From contig CM114271.1 in the NCBI GenBank assembly GCA_050084515.1, positions 15,500,001 to 15,564,000 on the forward strand: DNA of 64,000 nucleotides, read 5' to 3'. The translations under genes and the position numbers were made by a program. Every line of letters begins with the position of its first letter. The first letter of the stretch is position 1. Origin of the DNA: Blasia pusilla (lineage: Eukaryota). The notes under the pieces were generated by a model, which was given only the letters and a program-made list of their open reading frames with translations, made no database searches and was not told the origin of the DNA. Shown here piece by piece: positions 54,556-64,000 of the stretch.

Positions 54556-57500
54556 TCCTACAAGAGTCGGAATCCCACAAGTTGCAGGATATGAGAAGAG
54601 AAGTTTGCAACCTCTTAGAAGATTACATGTTAGAAAAGTATGGTTTGAAATGAATGGAGGAAAGAGAGGAAAAGATATAGGCATTCATTCATGAAACTTG
54701 TCGGAATCCGACAGGTTGCATGACATAACTAAGTATAGGAAGAGTTGTAAGATATGACTAATCAGAGATAAGGAAAAAAAATGAATGAGAGGAAAGATAT
54801 GACCACTGAAAAATTGAAGGAAATAACCTAACCTACATGTGAAGATATGATAGGAAACCCACAGGTTCCATTCAGATTAGAGGTTAGAGAAAAGAAAGAG
54901 CGAGTGAGATGAAAAGGATGCAATCATACAGACTTGCAACCTGTCGGAATCAGATAAGTTGCATGAGAGGATGGAAATTAATTAGGGTAACAAGAAGGAA
55001 ACATCAATATGAAGAAACGTTAGGAAACACACAAATTCCATTTAGACATGCAACCCATCGGAATTCGACAGATTGGAAGACATGACGACGACTATAACAA
55101 TTATGAGACATGACTCTCAAAGGCAAGAAAAAAAAGATAAGGAAGGACAACATTGTCACTGCATGACATGGCTGCTTGCAACCTGCCAGAATTCGATGGG
55201 TTGCAAGACCTATCATATTTGAAAATTCTTGCTACTCATAACAAAACCTTGGTTACAAAAAAGAAAAAGAATGAAGGCAGTCATCTGAAATTCATAGTAG
55301 GCAATCATCTGGACCTCCAACCTGTTGCAATCCGACAGGTTGAATGACATAATGTAAGCAAAAAGGGCTCAAAAGAAAACCTCCACTGGCTGCATCCAGA
55401 CATGCAACCCGTCAGGTTGCAAGATATGACAGCAAAAGAAATAGTTGTGAGACATGACTTATTAGAGGGAAGACAAAAGAAAGGTTAACATCGACACATG
55501 CGCAACCCGTCGAAATCCGAAAAGTCACAAGACATAAGAACTAAAGAATTTCAGGAGACATCTTCACATCAATGCGATAAAATCATAGCAAGTATAGAGG
55601 TTCCATTCTGACTTGCAACCTGTCGGAATTTGATGGGTTGCAAGACATACCATTTGTCCACAAGAGATTACCAGAGCAAAAAATCGATTTCAACATGTCG
55701 GAATTTAACAGCTCCAATAATACCAAACCATTAAAATCAAGAAAATTTTATGAAAAACATCAAATTCCTTTATTACAATTCGTTTTCAACTTGGATATTT
55801 ACATTGGATTACCTAAACTAGAAAATCTAGTCTATGATCTCTTTTGCCTCGTCATTTGCAAAATTGTTCCTAACTCTTATTGGTTCTTGTATAAGGGACT
55901 TATCTGGGCTATCCACTAGCTCCTCTTCACAATTGTAGGTGAGGATTGAGAAACAAGGAGAATTGGAGAGCCTTCTCCCCCTAAAAACACCCATATCGAT
56001 TCCATGTGGCCCAACATAAGTCCCAACGTCTGTCCCGACAAGTTACCTTGTATGTTCTACAAAGGGACACCCATCTAGAATCAATATCATCTAGAACCCT
56101 AAACCTCCGCTTGAAACCACTACAACCCAACTCCAAACGCTTGAAATCCAAGACACCTACGCACTCACTTGTCATCATTAGAGAGCTCTTCTAGAATCAC
56201 CGCCGACTTTGCTCGCATAATTTTTGGAATTACTGGTAGTGACGATGGTATCATCACCAATGGCTCTCATGCATGTGCACTTTTCCGTGAAGGCGACCTA
56301 TAAAATCTTAGTTACCTCTCCTAATCCGCCTTTGCCTCATGATAAAGTGCAAATAGCTGCTTCCTTGACTCCATGCACAGAATGTTTCTTCCACTTTGCT
56401 AGAAGGCTCTTACATTGGCCCCAAATAGCCCCACCAGATCTAAGACTAGGTCACCAAGCCTCGAGGAGAGCTCCACTAGGGTTTGCATAAGCGTCGTAGA
56501 CTTTTCCCTCCCTCCAAGACGCAACGTTCCTTCCTCCATGACAATTCCCGGGGATGAATTGTAGAGGCTGTTCAATGTGTAACCATTGGAGGCAGGATCA
56601 CAATGATCCTCGATCTAAAAAATCTCGGACCTATGCTCCGGTCTGATGAAACAATACACATACAAATACTTGGACTGTGCAGAAGAAAATGGCAAAAGCA
56701 TGTAAGCTTTAAGGAGGAAGTGTTTCAAGGAATGATTTTCTTGCAAAGCAACCCAACGGATCCCAACGGGTAGCAAGTATTAGAATTTTGATGCATAGTT
56801 CTAAAACACTACTGAGCAAAAAATAGTCATAAACTTTGGAGGGGCCCATGCAACCTGTCAGGATCTGACGGGTTGCTCAACACCTCCTAATTGAATAAGA
56901 CTCAATTTGGATCCATGTATTTGGGTGTATCTGCAACTTGTTGGAATCCGATGAGTTGTAGAATGTGTTGCACGTGCTCACATAAAAATGGGATTTTCAA
57001 ACTGTCGGAATCGGGGCGTAGGAATAATGTACTCCCTTAAACCAAATCCGATCAAATATTTGTAGTTTGATTTTGAGGACTTACCCAGAGTTGTTTTGTT
57101 GGAGATCTCAACGGCGAATCATTCTTGACTATCCAAGACTGCGCCGTCTACCACTTCAGTGATCGCTTGACGCAATGCAAGTTGAAGAGCTCAATTTTGC
57201 AGTCTCTAGTCAAAACAAGGAAACATCCCTTATCACTCAGATACACATTTGCGAAGGAGAACATCAATGCGATCTGATCGTATATGAAGGGAGACTTCTA
57301 ATCTGGAAGAGTGTCGCGTGGTTCATTGTCTCACAACCTGAATCCCAATGTCAAATCTACAATTAGGAGATCAACTGTAATCTCCTTAGCTATCCCATTG
57401 ACAATCTATGGGGCATGTACACCATATGATAACAACCCGATTCCAACGGTTTGCAAATCCTATTTATCTATCAGCAGTCACGAATGCTTGTGCCTCCGTA

Positions 57501-58651
57501 TTAACTTCAAAATACTCCTCAACCTTCAAGACATTGAGGATCTCCTCCTTGCCAGTTGCAGCTGCATCATAGAATGCTTGTAACGTTTGGTCGCTAAGCT
57601 CCTATTGGTTGTTGAAGTCCGACCAGACTGGACAATTCAGAACTCCCCGATCGATTATTGCTTGAGCCATCTCCACGTCGTACATGGAGAATCCATGTCC
57701 ATTTGGAGGAGCAACCCACAATTTGCACGCGACGGTTTTTCGTTGGCGTCTAGTAATTGCCTTCAACTCCTTGATGAAATTCGGGATGAGCTCGGAGTTG
57801 CATCTTGCTCGCCGTGTACTTCGTAGTTGCCGACACAACACCATGGATGAACTTCGTGCTCTCGGAAGCTGAAACCTTCTCCCTGGGCTCCAACACCAAT
57901 GTTGCATTTCTCTTTGCTACCTGGATTTTAGACAAGCATAGAATTGTAACGATTGCATCTTAGGAGGTGTATGTGTTCGCACAAGTCTTCTTCTTGATTT
58001 GTGCTCTGTTAGTGAGCATCTCATCGACCACTTCGTCTCCTAGGAATCCTTTGAACTGAGCAATGTGCAATGTAAGCATCTTCTTCATCTGTCGTATACT
58101 TGGATCCAATGATGTGTGACATTCTCTTCCAAAACGACCCTTCAAGGTTCAATCCTCTGTTATAGTTCATATATCATGCAACTTGTTGGTTTTAGACAAG
58201 TTGCACAAAGACTAACATTGCCATACACAAAAAAATACGAACATCTGACCTTTGCTTGCAACTTGTCAAAGTCCGACAGGATGGAAAATTTCCTTTAGAA
58301 AGCTTCTTTGGTAGATGGCCTTGGGAGTTGCAACAACCCGTCAGTGTCCAAATGGTTGCACCGCCATGAGATAAGTCTTTCCAGAATACAACCTATTGGA
58401 ATCCGACAAGTTGCATCCAATCCCTGTCGGAGTCTGAGAGATTTTGAATCCCTCGACTTATCGATTGACGGATCGGCCTTTTTGCAACCTATCGGACTCC
58501 GACGGGTTGCAATTTCCCAGCAACTTGTGGAGAATGACATTATCTTAGAGTCTTAGAGTCTCAACTCCAATGGGTTGCTTTTCGTCCAAAATTATACAAC
58601 TCTCGGATAAATTCTGTAGGAGTTGCAACCCGTCGGACTCCGACGGGTTGC
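54556..58651. repeat. About 20 dispersed copies of a 29-bp palindrome, consensus TGCAACC(T/C)GTCGGA(A/C)TCCGAC(A/G)GGTTGCA
   Basis: Copies at ~54560, 54692, 54935, 55049, 55177, 55316, 55403, 55501, 55614, 55690, 56748, 56849, 56932, 56997, 57433, 58177, 58257, 58330, 58387, 58483 and 58624. Confidence 0.9.
56316..58156 (-). pseudogene. Spliced beta-class N4-cytosine/N6-adenine DNA methyltransferase-like gene (N6_N4_Mtase fold), degenerate
   Basis: Exon 57405-57085: IVNGIAKEITVDLLIVDLTLG..FANVYLSDKGCFLVL..SWIVKNDSPLRSPTKQLW. It splices GT-AG in phase 0 to the exon starting at 56674: SKYLYVYCF..REKSTTLMQTLVELSSRLGDLVLDLVGLFGANVRAF*QSGRNILCMES. An unknown N-terminal region lies at 58156-57480. 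Confidence 0.7.
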
Positions 58652-58669
58652 CCCTGAACCTAACTAGTG
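58624..58669. mobile_element. Transposon terminus: CACTA-type right end (...TAGTG) or Helitron 3' end (hairpin + CTAG|T)
   Basis: GCAACCCGTCGGACTCCGACGGGTTGC-CCCTGAACCTAA-CTAGTG. The palindrome copies stop here. Confidence 0.55.
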
Positions 58670-59436
58670 CCTGGTATCTCCATTGGTACGATGGATGCTC
58701 CAAGACCAATCTATCACATACTCCTGCATCTTGGTTTCAACCACCCCTCTTAAGGTGTTATTCTAATAAGGTGTTTCACCCAATTCTCAACAGAAGTTGC
58801 ACACTAGCTCTTCATGCAATCCATATCATTTTCCATTTCAGGTTTGTAAGTGATTACCCTCATCTGCATGGTTCAGTGGAAGACCTTGTCAGAATGTACA
58901 ATCTTTCCATCTCTTGACGTTTTAAAAAGTGAAATCTAAAAGAAGTTGAATTTTAATTTCAAAAAAGATATGCCCAACTAGTGGAAAACTGAATCTCCTC
59001 ATAGTGACTTGTTTCCTTGTCACTTGAGGCTCTCGATATCCCCTCTGCTGCCACACTCGAGGGCTGCATTTTGGAGTTTCATGCAACAAGAACAAATTGA
59101 CAGGAAAATTTTACGCAGACAGATTATTCCATTCCCATCCAAGTTTTCCTTCGAAACTGAAAGCATTCCCAAGTTGGAAGACCAGGCAACAGATGTTTCA
59201 GATTGCGGTATCACATTTAAATGAAAACTAGAAATTAAGTTGAATCTGGCTCAGTGGAGCAATAAATAATCTGAACGCATCACTAGGTTGTAAGGAAAGC
59301 ATGATTGAACAAACTCACATTTACACTTGGTTCAACAGTCTTAATGCCACCAAACCTCACTCCATTCAGATGTGCGTTAACAGAATATTTTTTCCTGTAC
59401 TCTTTAGTGGTTATCTACAGAGCAGCTACCTGACGT

Positions 59437-60498
59437 TTATGTGTGAGGCTTAAATAAGCTAAGAGGTACAGAAAGCCTTACAACTGGACCCACAAACGAC
59501 AACCAAGTTAGTAGATACTTGCTCAAGACATGTGGGGTAAGGTTGACTGACCCTATGGGACTGTTTTCTGAATAATGAGAGGAAGCATCTGGACTAACAG
59601 CAACGGCTGTTTGCATGTTGAGCATGTGCTCTACCTGACGAGATTCTGGGTCTAGCTCTGGAACACAACCCTTGCTGCCTTCATCAGAGAGAAAAAGTGA
59701 CATTATACAACTCGTGCCACAAGGATGCAGGGAGAACCATGGTCGATGTAAATACGGATGCTCCTGATCAGTAGAATACTCATGGATTAGTTCCTGTATA
59801 TGAAATTAATGACAAAAATTACCCGTCCCTCTGAGTTCTCTGGTATTCTAACTGAAAAGATCCAGAACTCAACTGGAAAGGCCATTTTCGCACTCATTAT
59901 TCTTATGATTACAATCACAGCTTTGGAGCAGAAATAGACACTTCGTCCACTTGGAAATGAAAATTGAAGGCTTGTTTCTATTTGGGGGGATGACAATCTT
60001 TCACTCCAAGGCCCCCCTTCTAGAAGACCACAAATATTGTCCAGAATTGTCCCCAACAACTGCAAGAATGGAAGGACAACGTAATTGTTTATAGTGGGCT
60101 ACCTCTTGTGTAAGAAAAGTCCACTTAGATTCTTCCATCAATTGGACTGATTGTGATGGCAGGATTCGTTTAACATGGGCCAGGTCCAGAAGTTTTCCAT
60201 CTGCAAAGCACAAAATAGCTTCACTTGAAATCTAAATGGATTGAAAAAAAACCATGAATTACCTATATAAACAACTTGGCATTTCACAAAAGAGAAGTTC
60301 CAATTCAAGTTAGGTCATCATTGATCTGATTTTGTACAATAAATGGAACAGATTTATGACAAGATTTGATGTAGGATAAGGATGCTCTATACCAGGATAG
60401 TAAGCTCGAAAGAAGAGAACAGGAACCCTGTATGACTCGCTGTAAACAATATGATAAGTGCCATACGAATATTGTTCAGCTGGATGAGTCTTCATTAC
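59437..60498 (-). CDS. ATG10: Autophagy E2-like enzyme ATG10, last three exons (5' exons not found; probably beyond the window)
   Basis: Exons 60498-60393 (YHIVYSESYRVPVLFF), 60200-60103 (DGKLL..WTFLTQE) and 59763-59437 (EHPYLHRPWFSLHPCGT with the catalytic Cys..YLLTWLSFVGPVV). All in frame. Confidence 0.92.
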
Positions 60499-60899
60499 CT
60501 GTCATTACCACTACAAATTGAACACTTTAAGGTGAAACATTTTTCTGATCAACTTTAATTGAGTTCTTTTGATGATAGATGGTTCATCATGTTAGCTAAA
60601 TTGATCCTTAACTCCTTAGAGATATCTACGTGTGCACAACTGCAAAACCACCAGTAAGAACGATCAAAGTGATCAAGGATTGATTCATCATTTATCAATG
60701 CAGCTAAAACCAGTTCCTAAATTCCTCAATTTTAGTTCAACTCCCTGTAGGTTATCTCAGCCAGAGATTAACCAGAGCTAGGCGGCGGATTGTACTCATT
60801 CAGTAGTCCCTGTCTTAGCCTTGTGAACATTGAGACAATGCCCTGGTTGGACGGTGGTATAGATGGACTGGAATAGGTGTGGACGGGGGAAGAAGTGGA

Positions 60900-63800
60900 A
60901 TATTACCCAATCTGAGGAGGAAGTACTCATCATACAAAATGTCTATGAGTAGTTTCCAGGTGCTAGCCACGAAACTCTTTACAACACTCTACCTTTCGTC
61001 GGTGGGGTGCCTAAAAGACGTTACTAACCAGTGCAGCAGCTTTTGGCATTGACTCTAGGCTACTGGATTTGAAAAGCAGCTCAGCTCGTACCAGCATAGG
61101 TCGTTGCTCCTTAGCAGTAAGTTCTGCTCAAGTAACCAGCTAGAGATTGGAAGTTTCATCCCCACCAACACATAAGGTGCACGACTTTGATTGTGTTACT
61201 TTCATGATCTTTTTGAGGTTCAATGGGACTTTCCCTGTTGTGAACTTCAATTTGAGCTGGGTTCCCAAACAAGGAGTCACCCACAGACAGTTCTTGAGTT
61301 TTGCTAGTTTAGACTTCAAGTCTGACTTTTTGGTTCCTTCATAAATGTTCTGTTGATGTGAGTGCTTTGGTTATGGGGTCCACTAAGAATTTCTCCCCTC
61401 GGCTTCCACCATTAGTGCAGTAACAATCTATTGAACCTGTTTCGTCTAAGATTTGGCCCACTTCACTTGCCTCCTTTGGTCAAAGTGGCCCCAGCAGCAC
61501 TTTAGGGTAGTGATGGGGATCCACTACTTCCAGCTAGCTCTACAATTTACCTTGGTGATGTCACGAACATCCTCAAGTGGCTCCAAATTCGGATCTTCAA
61601 CCAACCCTAGCAGTTTGTGAGGAAGTTCAGATTCTACCTTGATGCACTCTCATCTGCAAAGCTTCAAATCTGTCCATTACTTTGAAGTTAGCATCCCATA
61701 TTGCCTTAAACTATTCTACATAGGGTCGAATAGTGTGTAGAATGACACAGCATTTTACTTGAGATGTGATATTGTGGCAGTGGAGAAATCCGGTCAAACT
61801 GTTTACTTCAAGCGGCTTTTCTCAGTAGTTTTCTTGATGTGAACCTCCACCATAAAGACCTATGAGAATACAATTCCCAGGTAGGTGTATGTGAACACCC
61901 GAGGAATCTCCTGTTTTACCCCATGATAGTGCTGATCATGGTCCCCCACATTGCCTCTAAAGTTGAGACATTTGCCTCTTAACTCTACATGTCACACCAG
62001 ATTTTGGACACGGACCATCATCTCCAAAGTCTTGACCAATCATCAGGGAAACAACATAGCTGCTACCCACCTGGATGCCTAGTCACTCAACACACTCTGC
62101 TCACATGGTTGCATCATTCTTGGTCCTCGCTCAAGTGACATACACTCCTCTTCCTTTGGCTATGGTTCTCTTGAGCTCCAGGGTTCACCATTTAAAACTC
62201 TACTAAATATGAAAAAACTCTCCGTCAGAAACCTCAGCAGCATCTTTCACTCCACGCTAGGACCATGTCCACAATAGTTCTAGTGTAGCCAAAGGTCTTG
62301 ATGGTAGATTTGAATGAGAGTCACATGTGAGGAGAGTTTTTTCCAGCTTACCAACAGACACTTCCTGTTATTGTCATTTCTTGATCACTCGTTGGTGGTA
62401 TGGAAGGGCACCTAAACCTCTACTATGATTCTGTCCAGACCTACTGATGATAAAAGCTTCCAATATCTAGGGCATCAAACATAACCTTCCCCATCGTAGA
62501 TAGAATTTATCGTCCACCCAATGTAATTCACAATTGAGCTTTCATTCTCCTTGAAGTGGATCCTGCTTCAGCACACCTTGTGCCTAGTTTTCAATGCCAT
62601 TTTTTAAGTTCCCAGAGCATCCTGATTATAACTTTGAGCCATTTCCAAGGATTCATGCATCTTCAAACATCACAGTCTCAGCCTGTGGGTCTGCGCCGTG
62701 TCCTACCAAACTACTGAAGGCTCCTAACAGGACTGTGAAACTGGAGGCAATTAGCTTTCAGACTATTAAGCCTATGTAAGACTTCGAATGCAACCACAAC
62801 ATCTCACTGTGGGTGAACAGGTAAACATACCCCATATACAGATCTTTTGAGTTGCATTTAGCTCGAAATTTGATCTGTGTCCTGTGGTCATACTCCAGCC
62901 CTACGCTGGTGTATCACACCATGAAGTCTCAAATGAAGAAACCAATACCTTTCATACCTTTGTTGTTGTTGGCCTTTGTCGTACATTTCTTTCCAAACCA
63001 TACATAGTGTGGCAATGGGGGTATCTCCTTTGAGATGGTTTTCCTTGACTCCTGCCCAATGTGATTTTTCAGCAAGCAGCAAGTAACCTCTAGATGCTTC
63101 ATCAGATGAGTTATCCCATAGAAATTCCCTGTTCTCAAATGGAGTCTGGTCACAAGGTGTGGTGAGGGCCAGTGTGTATGCATTATGTGTTGACGTTGCT
63201 TCTCACTACAATCAAGCCTCTTCATATGCAGAAGCTTGATTGGTGAAATCTTGAAGAGCACTAAATGTGTTGGGAGTGTAGGGCACCAGCTGCTTTGTGG
63301 GGTGAGGTCTTGCGTTTGTTCTAGATTCACCCTTAATGATCATAGTCCTCCAACTGTAGGCTTCTCTCAAGTCCAGAGACACATGAACTTTGATGCAAGT
63401 AATGTATTAGCCTCCGCTGCCCTTCATGGTTGTCTGAAAGACTCATTCACTACAATACATTATCCAAATAATCTCAGTAGTAGCCAGAGATTCGAAGCCC
63501 AAAGCTGTGCACATCATCTTGAATGACACAAAATCCACTGATGGACAACACACCAAGCATGATCATGAGCACCTGCAGTCTCCTCCCATTGACTGAACCT
63601 CTGTATCCAGCCTGGGATTGAGGCGCCTTGAGACATTGGATGTACACATGTAGGTACTCCCCACCCAGATTTGGGGTTGTTGAGCTTCTGCAAACCCCTT
63701 CGATAGGTGAACATATACTCCATGCTACCTTGGGAAGGCCTTGATAGGTTGGGCTTTGGCCGCTGGTTACGTGTACAGTTTTAGCGAAGACCTTATTTAG

Positions 63801-64000
63801 GATCTAGGAAGAATGTTTGAGATTCCAGTCTGAGAGTCCAGACATTGGCAGACTATCCTCTTTGTAGGAAGGAGGCGGAGAGTAAGTCCTTATTATCCTC
63901 GTGTAGAGCTTACCAAAGTTGCAGCATCAGTACAATTATTGCCACGATCATTTTCTTCAAGTTGTTCTTCCTGCATAGACACCCAGCAGTTAACTATCGT
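60900..64000 (-). mobile_element. Degenerate L1-like LINE (ORF2 remnant), probably inside an ATG10 intron
   Basis: Minus-strand fragments GFFI/WFLHL (~62940), EAFIISR (~62450) and FTYTYLGIVFS (~61880) resemble the L1 ORF2 FFH, Q.AF..GR and YLG motifs, in the expected order. Confidence 0.55.

Noticed and set aside
54556-55715. CRISPR array
   Set aside because: The context is plant nuclear DNA with no cas genes. The repeats are diverged and the spacers are long and variable (60-200 bp). Reported as a TE-associated palindrome array instead.

Overview
Eukaryotic land-plant nuclear DNA. The lineage cannot be determined from sequence alone; a non-seed plant such as a bryophyte is my guess. Four spliced host genes sit among heavily decayed transposons: a CDCA7-like zf-4CXXC_R1 gene (-), plastid-targeted RPL6 (+), cytosolic RPL18a/eL20 (-) and the 3' exons of ATG10 (-). 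The transposons include a MULE/SWIM transposase pseudogene, a Ty1/copia element, Gypsy and L1 remnants, Helitron pieces, and hAT- and Tourist-type MITEs. Two DNA-methyltransferase pseudogenes are missed by the ORF track because of in-frame stops. (1) A C5-cytosine MTase fragment (GWPCQ...KNV) lies at the window start. (2) A spliced, prokaryote-type beta-class N4C/N6A amino-MTase-like gene lies at ~56.3-58.2 kb (-). It is embedded in an element carrying about 20 copies of a 29-bp palindrome, which ends in a CACTA-like or Helitron-like terminus. All assignments come from manual translation and motif recognition; no database search was run.
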